Shown: in pieces, positions 1 through 12,914 of the stretch
How positions within the stretch are numbered: the first letter of the stretch is position 1
Layout: the number at the start of each line of letters is the position of its first letter
NCBI GenBank assembly: GCA_030141605.1
Contig: JAQGDQ010000004.1
Span: 1,736,001 to 1,800,000 of the forward strand
Source: Tubiluchus corallicola
Taxonomy: Eukaryota > Animalia > Priapulida
Length of the DNA: 64,000 nucleotides
Reading direction: 5' to 3'
Position numbers and translations under genes: made by a program
Notes under the pieces: model-generated
What the model saw: only the letters and a program-made list of their open reading frames with translations
The model's database searches: none
What the model was told of the DNA's origin: nothing

Positions 1-188
1 AATTATCAAGTCTTCCTTTATTTATTATCATTAACTTCTTGTTACTTTCAGTTTCAGCTAGTCACTTGCCTATGATTACTTGCCATTTCATGGGGATGCA
101 CTGAACCTAAAGTTCACATGTTTTTTTAGATGTTTGATTAATTTATTAATTTTACTTATTGGTTTTTATTATTTTTTAGTGTAATATC

Positions 189-580
189 CATGGGTGTATT
201 AACCAATAGGCTAACTAGGCTATAGCCTAGGGTGCCAAAGTTTGAGAGGCGTCACATTTTAAAAAAATTCTTATTCTCTTCGGAAAATGTGTATATTTTC
301 ATATTTATGTAGAGGGCACATTTTATAACACACCACAGGCAGTTACTGAGTGCTGCTTTTATATAAGTACACATAACGAGTAGGTGCAAGGTATTACACA
401 ACAAGCAGTTGCACAGCTTTTTTGAATGTAAGCATTATACAAATACATTAATAACGGCCAAGTAGAAACTAGGTTAATAGTGTTTAATCTGCTCATTACC
501 TAAACAACCGTAAATCCACAATAGAGATGGGCAGACAGAACTATCAGCCTAGGATGTCGTAAAGTCTTGATACGCTTCTG
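189..580. mobile_element. Old non-autonomous hAT-type MITE
   Basis: Degenerate TIRs (CATGGGTGTATTAA vs revcomp of TTGATACGCTTCTG). Flanks GTAATATC (181-188) and ATAATATC (581-588) match 7/8, consistent with an 8-bp TSD. Confidence 0.5.
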
Positions 581-617
581 ATAATATCGCTTCTTTTCTC
601 CCTTGTTTTGGTACCAG

Positions 618-651
618 ATCTCTGAGAAGCAGTGTACATTCATATTTTAAG
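618..651 (+). CDS. C17orf75: Njmu-R1 upstream exon (coding or 5'UTR)
   Basis: ccag|...aag|gtattt; open (SLRSSVHSYFK) and in phase with the next exon; no homology support. Confidence 0.4.
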
Positions 652-3600
652 GTATTTATTATTAAACTTTAGTGTAATTAGCAAATTTTTCATGTAACTG
701 TTTTATTTTTGTTAATTTAATATTTGTTCCAGCATCTCAATTCCATAGTGATGAAATCAACAGAAAGCCTCTCTAGTGAAACGAAATTAGTCTGTTTTAA
801 GGAAAATCCTAGGTTTTATGCTTTGTACGTATATCACAGCAACAGGCAAGTAGCTTTTGTAATTTATGTCTGTCAGTAACTAGAGGATTGATCATATTAT
901 CACTTTTACATTCTTTGTTACTCTTTTTATTCTAACTTTTTTTGACTTGTTTTGCAGTCTGTGTATTTAAAATACTTCCCACATTTAAATCAGAGCTGTC
1001 TAATGTCAAATTGAGTACTAATGCATTGTCACTTTGTCAAATTGTTTTATTTGATTACTAAGGTATGACAAGGAGCAAATAAGTTTCATACCAGGATGAT
1101 ATTGCTCTTTATAAAATCTTGAATTTGGCAAAAGGATTGGAGACTAATACAAATTCACACCATTTTTGCAAAATAATATGAATTAATTAATTTAAAAGTA
1201 CATTATATTTCTAAATTCATTTTTCATGGTGGTAAAAATTCTTTGAATAAGTGGTAGTTTATTCTTATGATCTTGTAAACATGTAAATGAGTAAACTTCA
1301 TTAAATCACGGGTTCAAAAAGTCTGTGTAATGAACACTAAAAACTGAACAATTTATATCTCTTTAGATCTAGCAAGCACAAAGGTTGTGAGAGTGGTGGT
1401 GGTGATGCACAATGCAGCTCAAGTGATCCACACTCCTCAAACTCTGTCCTTATGGAAGAAGTGTCAGAAGTGTCAAACAACAATTTCAGGTAAATAGCAT
1501 GATCATAAAGTTTTTCAAAGTACGAAGGTATTTTGCGTGTTATCAGTCTGGAGTCACATAACTATCTTTCTGTATACCTGTTAATTAGAAGTTCAGATTG
1601 TTTGACAAGGTCACTTTTACCACTGTAAAATCATTCTTGTTATATAAATTATATCTACTCATAAGTTTTTAATTAAAATCAAGATAATTTGCTTTTAAAT
1701 GTAGTATAACATCATTATAGCAAACCTGCTAGAGACCCAAAAAAGTATTCTATATAGAGAGTAACCACGACTAATCCTATAGGACAAGCATGCACTAATA
1801 ATGTACAATGTGAAGAAAGGCTGTAAAGCAATTTTAGAAGATGCTGCCTACTTTGCAGTATGTTCAAATTCAATGAAGTACATTTCTTGTGACTTGTATA
1901 AAACTGAAAATTGATGAACATTTCATGTTAAATTGACTTTACACGTTCACTTGTAAATGTACGTGTAAATATTCATTAAAGTCAATGAAATTAAAAAAAG
2001 CCAGTCAACAAAATAACTGCAGTAGGATTCATCACTTCTTGAAATATTTCATTAACACATTACTAGTGTATGTACATACACAAAACAGCTGGGTGCTAAG
2101 TCGCTGAATGACTCATTGTTTTTACACAGCTAGCAGACAGAATGACCAGTCAAAAACAGATTTGAATGCTCTGACAACTATTTGAGAATGAAAATTTTTA
2201 AGGCATTCTGAAATTGCTTAAGCCAGTTCTCATAGTCAGCGAATGCGTTGTTTGGGCTTGTGGCCTTGAATTTTTAACCAATTACAGTATTTAAATACCT
2301 GTGAAGTGTGAGTAATATGATTAGTCCTGGTTCTAACTGACACCTTTGTCTGATGTACTACTTCGAACTGCATGTGTAAATGCTCATAAAAGTTTAAATT
2401 CTTTGGTGAATTTTGAAATTCTGTATCTCCATGGTTCTAGATTGCTGCCCGATTATTCTTAAACAGGTAAATATTTTTGCTATATAGTTTTCTTTGCTTT
2501 ATTTTCAGTCTTTCACTCATAGTTAGCAACCTGGAGTCAGAAAATGAGACTAAACTACGGAGCTTTCTTGCATCACGATTCACTCGGGGAACTGTTTACT
2601 CTGGAAGTGGCAATGTTGCTGCACTGGATTTTAGGTGGATTACTAAGCACAAAGTTGTAAATAGAAATATATTCCTGTTTATTGGAATCCTTTATAAGTT
2701 ATAGAACATTTTAATTAAACAGGCATGTAGTTAAACTTATCTGAGATTTTTATTAGACTTTCTGTATAAGCTTATAAGCTGAAAAACTCGTTCTTGAACA
2801 CAATTGTCAAAAAAAAAACTTGAGAGCACAAAGCTTTTTATCTCATTTTGTATCAAAGATGCAGAGCTTAGTAATAATAATTATAACAATTCCACAAATA
2901 ACATAAATTTGCTGCAAGGTTTTTTCGTCTGTGTGAATAATTAAATACAGCTATATTGGAGAAAGCTTTGTAAATACAATTACAATTACAGAATTTATTA
3001 TTGCCGCAGTTTTACTCTTAGTGGTATAAGACATATGCCAGGGAAGATACTATTTTTAAAGTCAAAGGCGTAACCCAGCCATTGTACTAAACAACCCACA
3101 GTTTAGCTGAAATAATAGGCTACCATGGTGTTCGTAACATGCAGCCTATTATGCAATTATGCACATTGCCCTGTTGTAGCTTCTAACAACATGGTGCGCA
3201 TTGGGCAAATATAAAGTTGGTTTTGTTATGGTGATTGAGTGATTTTTTTTCTCTGCCATCTAAGGGTGAGTTAAAAAAGTTTTGCAAATGTATAATTGCG
3301 CTATTTGCAGTCCTGTTATTAATATTTAAATTACTTATTTTTTAGTTTAACAAATGAAACTGATTCTCCTGCAATCTGCTATTTTTGTCTTCTCCGTCCA
3401 ACAAATGGCTCTAACATGAATAACCTCGAAAATATTGCTTGCTCGCAGGTATCTTTCTATTCATATAATATTTGAACAGTTCTTTTCCTTACAACGATTT
3501 TTTGTACAAATCTGTTTTTTTTTAAAAATAAGTGTGTAATTTTTTAATTAAATTAAATATTATACAAGTAATGTGCTTTTTGCCCTGCTGAAAAAGTCTT

Positions 3601-6600
3601 GAACTGTAGCTGTTCTGCAAAAGTGCTTCCCCAAAGTTTGATTTTGTGGTAAAAGTGTTGTGATCATTTGTGGTACAATATATTCACTAACAAGTTCTAC
3701 TTAACCAGTTGTGCTGTTTTTTCATTTTAGGAGTATGCTGTTTGCTACATAACTACGGCAACGGGTGTTTTAGATTCCTTTAGGGAAGAGTTAAGCCAGT
3801 ACAGTAAAGATTTGTTACCTTTCCTCAGCAATGTCGAAGTATGTTTCCAAGTACAGGTAGTCGTCGACTTATGGCCACATTCGGTTCTGATTGTTTGAAT
3901 GTAAGATGTAGTGTGGGCACCTGCTTTAAGTATGGCTGACTTGTGGATGAATTTATCAAAACAGATGTATTTAAAATTAATTATCTTAAAAAATAAAAGG
4001 AAATATGGGTTATAATTAGTTTTATATAATAATTTATGATCGAGTCATAAGTTGCGTAGCTTGAAAGTCGACTTCTACCTGTACTATCAATTATTTAGAT
4101 TGTTATGTAATATAAAAAAGTAAAAACTTTTGATATATATGTCATTATACCGGGTGTTATAAATAGCGCAGAAATAGCTTTTCAATTGAGTAGTTGAGCT
4201 GAGACGCTGTTTATGAGATCTTAATTCAAATGTTTAGTTAACTTTAAAAATTCAAAATGTTAGTCTTTAATTATTTGTAGCTTTTGTTGTTTTCATTACG
4301 AGTCTTATATCATAGCTAATGGGTGTCTCTGTAAAGTTCATTAACTTTCAACTATGGGAATGATAGCAAGATAATATATAAAGCCTGTGCAGAATCAAAA
4401 TAAAATCAATGCTGAAGGCAAAATATGATTGGGTGTCAAAACGTCTGACACTGCTGATAACCATATCATATTTTAAAACTGACGAAAGCTCTATACGTGT
4501 AAAATTAAACTATATTAATTTTGGCGTGACGTCACTGATATCTCTAATATTTTCTAACAATGTATGTGCGTTGCAGTAAAACACAAATAAAAATGCTGTT
4601 GTGCAGAATTTTTCTCACTGAATTTACCCAAGTTACACCAGACTACAAATCATGCTGCAAGTAAGCTGATAGCCACAACTTTCTGGGTTACAGTAAGTAA
4701 GGTAATAATTAACTTTTCTAGCTAAGTTTCTCAAAAACTGTGTTTAGCCTAGGAGTAAGTGCAAGAAGTTCCAATGTTCCTGATTTGACGAAAGACTTTT
4801 GATTTTAATGGTAACCTCCCTTAACCATGTTTTGAAAGATTTCTCTTAATTTTCTACTAGGCAAAACATGATCACAGTTAGGATAGAACATCCCTTCCCC
4901 TTGTGCAAAATTTGGAGATGTTGTTGTTGACGATGAGGCAAAAAAAATTGGAAACAACACATCGTATAGGTGTGTGACTGCACAAAAATTGTACAATAGT
5001 TTGATTTTAGACTATGAGCTGTATTTTTAACTTAAAGATTTAAAGCTTTTCTTTGTGACGTTTGTATATTTAAAAAAATACCAAAAAGGTATTTCCAAGT
5101 GTCTAAAATATAGGGGGCATTCTTTTAAAAAGTGCTATCTGAAAGGCATTTCTACTTAATTTTTTATTTTTATTTTCCTTTTGAACCTCACTTTAAGTAT
5201 GACAGGATACACAGCCAGTTCAGATTCAAACAGTGCAGCAGACAAACTCTGTCGTCGTGTTGCCAGTTTTTTCTTGTTGGTCAGTCGATCACATCTAAGA
5301 ATTCCGCTTATTTCATATTAGAAGTAATATATGTTAAGTCATGTATCGGTAATATGGAATTTGCCAGTTTGAAAACAACTGCTTTTTAGCACGCTTTCAA
5401 CTCCAGTCATTTTCATAATGGAATCGAATAAAATTGCTCTTGTCGCATAATTGTTGCTAATTGAATTTTAATTTATATGAACTCCTATATGATCATTGAT
5501 TAACAGGGCCGGAACTAGGTGTGGCAAACAGGGGGGGCGCAAAAATTTTCTGGGGGGGCGAGGTATCCGAAGTGGTTAAATAATGGTTAATTTTTTACCT
5601 AATTCTAATTCATATTGAAAATGATTACATGCGAACTGCAATTTTCTCTGCAACAAAAATTATTTGTCCGATTTTTCAGGGGGGGCGCAAATTTTGACAA
5701 GGGGGCGTGTGCCCCCCTTCGCTCACCCCTAGTTCCGCCCCTGTTGATTAATGTCATTAGCTTTAAATAACTGAATGCGCTCTCAACGGATTGTAACTCT
5801 AACTGAGAAATGTACAAACACCCTTTACTAACAACATGGAAACTACAAAGCATGTTTTAGCTTTGGCATTACTCCTGTTTTTGTACTAAACTGAGTTTAG
5901 TTTTGCTGTTTTCAGGCCATTGATTTGTCTAAAATACAGAAATACTTGTCTGAATGGTATGATGTTTCAGTGATGTTCACATGTCGCTGTGTTCAGAAAA
6001 TGAAGGATGACATCGCATCTTTGATATATATCGTAAGTGTATTAACGTTCTTTTCTGGGTTGTTTAACTGAAAGTAACCACTGATAGAAGAAAAAAACAT
6101 CTCATTTTAGTAAACATCTTCTATGCGGATTTTATATTATTTGTTTGTTGTTATTTTATTGCTACACTTTAATATATGTCGTGATTTATCCAGCACAAGC
6201 ATTTTTTTAGGCTATAACTGAAGAACTCTTGTGTTTTGGTTTTTTGTAGTAATATATGGGCAGATTTTAATCATGTAGCTTATGGCTTTGATTGGATTGA
6301 TTGAAATGAATGGTCACTTAGCACTCAAAAACTGGGAAAAATCTAGGAAGCAATCTTAGTTATTTATAGTCTTGTATTTATAGTACAGTATTTATAGTTT
6401 TTCATGGGATAACTGATGACATTTATGGTTCAAGGTATAAAAAAAACGATTAGACAACTAGCTTTTTTGACTTGCAGTACCAAATAGAAAACAGATATTT
6501 GTAGAGTAGTTGCTAGTCTTGAGTGAGTTGGCTGAAGGTCAATTGTCAGTTACAGCTTAAAATCCATAAGGATTTAGACAATTAAACTTTCGTAATTTAT

Positions 6601-9600
6601 CTGTGATCCAGCAAACACCTTACTTTGAGTGAGGTAGTCAGTGAGTGAATTAGAGTCAGTTATTGTGTAAACACAAAACTACATTTATAAAATATCTGAA
6701 AAACAGCTTTAAGGAACCAAATGTGATGCAATGCATGCAAGTCAAAGTACCAAAGCCCTGCATGCACAACAATAATGTGAACAATAGTCTCACAGTTTAA
6801 AACAGTAAGAAGTAAATAACCTAAATCATTTAACCTATTGTATCAGACAGGCACAGTTTCTTTAATACTCGATTTCTTTGCAGTAACACCTATACAGGTA
6901 TTTATCATGCGATTTTTGTGGATTTTCCGAAAAACAAGTTGAAAGTGACATTGGTTGCCTGATTGGCAATACAATTGATGTGCGTTGGCAGCTGAAAAAA
7001 CAGTTGATGATCATGAATAAAAGCCAAATCGATTAAATAAATTAATTGGTTCCACAAGCAGTTAACGGTCAATTACAATGTATACTATGCAGTAAGAACT
7101 TGTGTGATGAGACCTGAAAAAAGTGTTGGCCCGAGCACTAACGTGCTTTGACTCAGTTAGACCTTGAATGAGTACAAGTCAGTTAGTCAGTCAACAAGAA
7201 ACTGCAAGTGTAACAAACCAAAATGCAACTTGCTAGAGCAGGTCTCAAAAATTTGATAATTTTGTTTTTATTTCATCACTACTTAGCAGTTTTGAAATTA
7301 CGATTATAATAATTGTACTATGCACATAAATATTTTTTATGTAGACACTCCAAGGTAAGAAAATTGGCATAAAAGGAGATGATGGCAAACTAAGAGCTGA
7401 TGTAGAAAGGTGAGTTTGTAAGTACTTTTTGAAGCATAGATTTGATTATTAGTGTTTGGTTGCTACATTTAGCAGTTGAATTCAAGATTTAAAAGATATA
7501 ATCAGGCTACTGAAAACAGATTCTCAATTATTACTATACTTTAATATAATTAGTTCCAGAAATAAGCGTCTAAAACATTACAATTCTGTTGTAGTTTTAA
7601 CAATCGAATTCACGTAAAACTACTTTAAATGTTAATGTGTTACAGCTATTTAGTGGATCTTTGGTACATTATACCGACTCATCATCAGATGTTGCTAGCA
7701 AAGTAAGCCAGACAGTTGTTATAGTTCAGTGTGCTTTTTTAGATTTTTGCTTTGCTCCAAAATTAGTTATATACATAAGGTATGGTTTTTAAAGTTGTGC
7801 AGATATTATTTATTAGCATTAAAAAGATTTCTTCAATTTTCATGGCAGATTCATCCAATCTTGCAGCATAGCAGGCTTGATCCAGAACAATTCAAGCCTG
7901 GCAGATGGCAGTGAAAAGGAGTTAGCCAACTTAAAACCTGCTTCTTTGGGAGGAACATGCCATTCTATTGAAGCAGGTGAAACACTGAGTTTAGACGACG
8001 GCACATGTGCATTTAATTACAAAGGTACCAAGCTACTAAAATTACACCCGTCTGTGTTGTTCAGTGTTGGTAAGTCTATTTTGGGTGTCAGTGTACAACG
8101 TAAAAGCATTAAAAGGCATTAGAAATCAGCAGCATTATAAAAATGTGTTTATTAACTATTGCTATTTTTAATTCATACATTCTGTGCAGTAACACTCACT
8201 CATTTTGCATCGGTGACAAGGTAGCGCCCCTTTTCAAAATAGTCATAAGCAGGAAATGCTTTTAGGGGATTAGAGGCATTAGCAAATCACATGAGTAGTG
8301 AAAATCCTAGAAGAAAAGTTACAATTTTCAAATTAGGTAACATTTTCTGTACTATTCATCATCCAGGCTCACTGCCTTCAATATTTGGTAGCATTTTGTC
8401 AGGCTGTATAAAAACAAAGTCGTGCAAGCTCTCATAATTAAAAAAGTTAGTTATTATTCATTATTTTGTTATTTTGATTCTAATTAAATCAGTTAGATTT
8501 TATAAATATAAGCAAAAATTTGCGTTCTTTCTATTATTATTACAATATGGATGGACCCCTCTTGGATTACAAGTTAGACTTTCTGCTGGTGCAGTACTGC
8601 ACAGGTTACTCTAAATTGCTTCACAGTGAGGTTTCCTTATGTGTATCGTATTATGTTTTTGGTACAAATACTTAACAGTGTGATAGGCGATTATTGAATC
8701 CGTGAATAGTCTGAGTGCAAAAATAATCTGGCTTGTTTCATTTATCCATTTGTACCTATAAGAAATTTTTTTCTTTGTATTTTATGAACAACCCACATGC
8801 ATTGCAAAGCAATTAAAACCTTTTAAATTTTTTGCTTATTTCTTAACTAGCAATACTACTTCAAACATGTCAATAGTCAGGCTGTAAATTCCTGCCTATG
8901 TTTCACTGAATCAAATGCACTATTCCATAATATATCTAGTAAATCTTGGCATTATAACACTTGTTTTATAATCCTGTAACAACTTATTATAGATAACAAT
9001 TTTTATTGCTGTAGGTTCTAATACATTTTGTGCCACATGGGCAGAGTCTCTCATAAGCCATGATTCACCAGTTGAAATACGTGAAACTATAGAGAGATAC
9101 AAGTTAAAAGTAAGTGAAGTCTAGTTTTTCTACAATTATAGCAACTGCATTCGTGGAACTATTGCTGGAATAATGAATGCATTTATCTGAATTTGGTAAT
9201 TTTTTGTTTTTATAATTGCAGTTATTTACAGACAATATTATTAATAACTTGTATGTACCAGAGTCATACTTGAAACATTTTTGTTTTAAATTTGAGTTTC
9301 AAATATGCTTATTAACTGGGCATACTGAGCATTTTATAAAAGTTGCAGCATTGACTTGATTAAGAGTTCCAGATCTTGTCTTACTACAGCTTTGAACAAA
9401 TGAAGAAATTAAATCACCCTCCAAATATCTGTATGTTCTTTAAAACATTACTCAAAATACAACTAGTTGTCATTTTTGACTGTGTCAAAAACTGTGGTAA
9501 GAATCTGCTTCTATGACTGGAGATGCTTTATGTGACATTTTTTTCAAATAAAAAATGTTTGTAGTTGGCATCATCTATGTATAAGTACTGTTGTGTTTGA

Positions 9601-12600
9601 CATTAAAAGCTTCAGTGAAATCAGAACTTGTCACTTTTTCACCAGTGGTCTGAAACTCAAGGCTCTGAATGGCTTAATATTGCCTTAGGAATTAGTAAAA
9701 TCAAAAGTATATTTTGTTGACAGGTGAGAATCACAAATCTAATTAGCAACTAACTCTTGGGTTGGTTTTCTTTGCAAGCAAGCACACAATAGGTATTTCA
9801 TTCCACAGTTTTTAGTGAGTTTCAAGAAAATACAAATTAATGTCCCTTTGTTTTTGTAGAAACTAGCAAAACCTAACAGAAGCATTTTGCATATTGTGAT
9901 TTTGTTAGTTATGTAGAAACGAACCAAAAACCTTCAACTGGGGATAGAACCTGCAAGCTTCATACAATCCATCGCTCTAACCACCAGACCATAACAGATT
10001 AGCGCGAATTCGTTTGCTTATCAATTACTATTGTGGAGTGTTTGCGAAACACACCAGTTTAAACCTGAATTTGGCTGTGTTTACCCTGTAATTAATCGAT
10101 CGATTTCTGCATTCATTTAGTTGTGTTTAGTTCTTTCTTGTAGCCCTTGTAGCCCAGTTTTTTCTCTTTCTATAGAGCTATAAAACTCCCTTAAACATTC
10201 CCACAGCAAGCCCTGACGAATACTTTTTCTCGACAATGTTTCGCAAACATTTCAAAACTGAAATCGGAAACTCTTATCTTTAACCTGTGGTGTTAAGGTC
10301 CAGCGTCCACCAAAATCAATGAAACTTATACCATTCGATTCGCTTCATCGAGGCCAATCATTTGATATTACACAATATTACACTGTTACATAACACAGTT
10401 ACTCAAAACTGGAAACATTTTTTGTTCCAGACCTCCTCGATTTTGTTTTTTGCTTCCTACCGAAAAATTTTCCCATACTCAAATGACTCATATTCAGCCA
10501 TGCACAACACACGACACCACCTAGTTACATGCCAAAAATGTGGTCCTAGCTCAACAACTGTAGGAGGAGATCCAGCCTAACGAAAAAACAAGAAGCCCTG
10601 CCTGCTCTGTGACCTTTGACCCAGGGGTAAGGGTCACATGCGAACATAAATCCCCTTGCCCGGGGAGTGTGCCCTGTGAGTTTCGTGAACCTAGCCCTGT
10701 GCGTGTCTGAGTTATTAAAGAAACAAAACATCACAAATAATAGTAATAATAATAATAAAGAATAAAAACTGGCAGTAAATCAAGGAGATTCTGTTTTAAT
10801 ACAGTTAAGTAATTTTCTCATGGCATAATGCCAAAAGATTCACAAACCATTTTGACATCCTTTTTTTAGACAGTGAGTGTTATCACCTTTTCTATTATCA
10901 CCTTTATTCAGTTTATTCTGTTATTGACCGCAGACGGCAGACCTTTACACTTGTCTAGACGGAATAATGAACTGGTATTATTTTTGTGCAAGTCAGTGCT
11001 CTGCAAGTTTATGTGCAGCACTGAATCAGCCTATTTATTGTAGATTATTGTGGCAGGATTGGAAACCAGCTCATTATCGAGGAAATCTTCTAACGAAATA
11101 CCACCTGTTAGCTGCATTCTTATTTTCAACAAAGTAAATACATGTAGTTGGAAGCAATTTTCCCAGAGCTTACCACCCAGTTATTGATCAGGCTTGGTAT
11201 TGCTTAATTTCAGTTGCTATGCATACACCGTAACCTTTCAGCTATTCTCTCTATCAGGCTGCTTTATTTTCATTTTGAAAAATTTCCATAAACAGCTTTA
11301 TGTCGTCAAAAACAAATATCTAAATAAGTGTGGCACATAATAAGGAAGAAAGTTGATACATATGACAAACAGAAAGCCTAGATCCAGTTATCAGGGCTTT
11401 TTCAAATTCCATACATTGGCATATTATCAAATGCTTTTGTGAAATTATCAAACACTACATCAATATACCTCGATACAACCTTGATGCACCAAACAATTTT
11501 TATTTGTGGATATGGCATCTGTTCAGTAAAGACTTGCTTACAATACCTCAAGTTTTTTTTTTTTAATATTCCATAACATTCTTCAGTGATGCCAGTCACA
11601 ATATAGCATTATTTTGCAGTCATGTACTTATTCGCTAAAGGTAGAAATGAAATTAATTGAATGCTTATAAGCTTTTTAGTTAAATTTCATAGTTAAATTT
11701 CCTATTTTATTTTATTTTAGTTAATACAAAGTTTAAATGTGCTAAAGCGATTGGTTCGACATTCACAAACAGATCATTATGCTCTCTACAGGTAAGTTCA
11801 ATTATTACAAAAGTACTTTTGTAATATAATATAATCTTTTAAGTGACATATTAGCACCTCTGAAGATAACACAAATAAAGTAAATGGCTACAGAAGTGAT
11901 TTAAATGTGCTAAAAAAATTTAATCGTAATATATCAACTTGTCCTTACTGCAGTCATCATACTGAAAATTTGTAAATTTTCTTTTTGTAATGGAATCATG
12001 GATATTTGGAATTGTTTAGCTTATGATACAGTTAATGCTTCAAATGTTAAAGTTTTTGCAGGTCACAGTTAGATAATGAAAACTTGTTGCAATTCTCTAA
12101 ATTTGATCGTAACGCTTAACATATAGATATTTAGGTAAGTGCTTCGCTCTTGATGGCTTTTCCCTTTTCTTCAATTTGCATACATCATGTTGGAAAAATA
12201 AACATTTACATTTATCTCTATAGCCATTTATTTTATTTGTATAATTTAACATGTGTAGCTGCGTAATATGTTTGCATGTTTAATCTACAATTTGTACTCA
12301 TTTTCGAATATATTAAGCAATTTATTTTGCATTTATTCTATTCTCTGTTGTCATCTCTTTCTGCCTTTTTCTTGACTTGATATTATATAATTTGTTACTT
12401 TATTCATGGTGTAGTCCAATGCTTAATTTAATTCTACTTCTGGACCTTCGCATAAACCTTTAATTCTACTTACTTCACTTTAGTATGTCTATGCAATCTT
12501 AATGTTGTGTCATCTGTAGAGCAAGTAATACTTAGTATCGCATATTTGTCTTGAATTGAATCCTTTAAATGGAGATTGGAATATCTTCGCTTTTATACAG

Positions 12601-12914
12601 TGCTGTGACACCTTGTTAAATTTGTGGTAAAATGTCAGAACTCTGCAATATAATCAAATAGTACCTAAACACTAATTGTTTATGTGTTTTTGGAACTCTT
12701 GTTGCCACTTTACTGCTCTGATTTTTAGATTTATGCAATATATGTTGTACTCGATTCTTTTATTAGGTCGTATATATTTCTGAAAAATAGTGGTAATGCA
12801 GACATACTGTTGCACAATGTCAAATTGGAGGATCAGTTCCGAGGTTCAGCTGATTGCCGACAGATTGTTGCGCTATTAGAGGAGTTTATCCAGGGATCTG
12901 GTGGAGTGGACTAA
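618..12914 (+). CDS. C17orf75: Njmu-R1 / C17orf75 homologue, gene span (multi-exon)
   Basis: Exons 618-651, 733-845, 1367-1489, 2509-2634, 3346-3448, 3731-3838, 5916-6032, 7345-7409, 7849-8069 (or 8024), 9015-9109, 11721-11791, 12767-12914 join in one frame. Peptides YALYVYHSNR, FSLSLIVSNLESENETKLRSFLASRFTRGTVYSGSGNVAALD, GSNTFCATW and HYALYRSYIFLKNSGNADILL..ALLEEF are collinear with recalled human Njmu-R1 (YCLYSYRGSR, FSLSLADTNLPSEVEPELRSFIAKRLSRGAVFEGLGNVASVE, GSNRFCEDW, HYALFKCYMFLKNCGSGDILL..AVLEEF). Start is probably ATG 751 or lies upstream of the window. Confidence 0.9.
733..845 (+). CDS. C17orf75: Njmu-R1 exon with candidate ATG at 751
   Basis: MKSTESLSSETKLVCFKENPRFYALYVYHSNR; ends at GC donor AG|GCAAGT. 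Confidence 0.8.
1367..1489 (+). CDS. C17orf75: Njmu-R1 exon
   Basis: ctttag|a...cag|gtaaat; phase 2-2; SSKHKGCESGGG...NNNF. Confidence 0.8.
2509..2634 (+). CDS. C17orf75: Njmu-R1 exon
   Basis: LSLIVSNLESENETKLRSFLASRFTRGTVYSGSGNVAALDF; phase 2-2. Confidence 0.9.
3346..3448 (+). CDS. C17orf75: Njmu-R1 exon
   Basis: LTNETDSPAICYFCLLRP...ACSQ (human GCYYCLF). Confidence 0.85.
3731..3838 (+). CDS. C17orf75: Njmu-R1 exon
   Basis: EYAVCYITTATGVLDSFREELSQY (human EYVVCFLGG..LELFRLELDKY). Confidence 0.88.
5504..5743. mobile_element. hAT-type MITE, 240 bp
   Basis: 16-bp TIRs CAGGGCCGGAACTAGG / CCTAGTTCCGCCCCTG with one mismatch; perfect 8-bp TSD TTGATTAA at 5496-5503 and 5744-5751. Confidence 0.85.
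5916..6032 (+). CDS. C17orf75: Njmu-R1 exon
   Basis: AIDLSKIQKYLSEWYDVSVMFTCRCVQKMKDDIASLIYI; ttcag| and |gtaagt. Confidence 0.88.
7345..7409 (+). CDS. C17orf75: Njmu-R1 exon
   Basis: TLQGKKIGIKGDDGKLRADVER; |gtgagt, phase 0-2. Confidence 0.8.
7849..8069 (+). CDS. C17orf75: Njmu-R1 exon (alternative in-phase donor at 8024)
   Basis: FIQSCSIAGLIQ... (human RFLSVASLQGLIH); phase 2-1. Confidence 0.78.
9015..9109 (+). CDS. C17orf75: Njmu-R1 exon
   Basis: GSNTFCATWAESLISHDSPVEIRETIERYKLK. Confidence 0.88.
9940..9992 (-). mobile_element. tRNA-like (Pol III A/B box) SINE-type head
   Basis: Revcomp reads TGGTCTGGTGGTTAGAGC (A box-like)...GGTTCTATCCC (B box-like); no cloverleaf could be folded. Confidence 0.4.
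10170..10775 (-). repeat. Interspersed repeat related to the copy at 32240-32660 (possibly Helentron/HINE-like)
   Basis: Revcomp shares ordered motifs ctttattatt..taact..acgca..gcta..tca(c/t)gaaact..caa(a)gg(t/a)cacag with 32240-32425; the class assignment is inference. Confidence 0.35.
11161..11244 (-). mobile_element. SINE fragment with 5S-rRNA-like core
   Basis: Revcomp caactgaaattaagcaataccaagcctgatcaataactgggtgg..ctggga resembles the 5S A/C box region and the copy at 40240. Confidence 0.4.
11721..11791 (+). CDS. C17orf75: Njmu-R1 exon
   Basis: LIQSLNVLKRLVRHSQTDHYALYR. Confidence 0.9.
12767..12914 (+). CDS. C17orf75: Njmu-R1 last coding exon (TAA at 12912-12914)
   Basis: SYIFLKNSGNADILLHNVKLEDQFRGSADCRQIVALLEEFIQGSGGVD*. 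Confidence 0.9.

Noticed and set aside
2441-2466. Possible 26-nt Njmu-R1 exon (tag|...cag|gtaaat)
   Set aside because: Stop codon in the required phase, only a 42-nt downstream intron, and 1489-2509 already joins with continuous homology.
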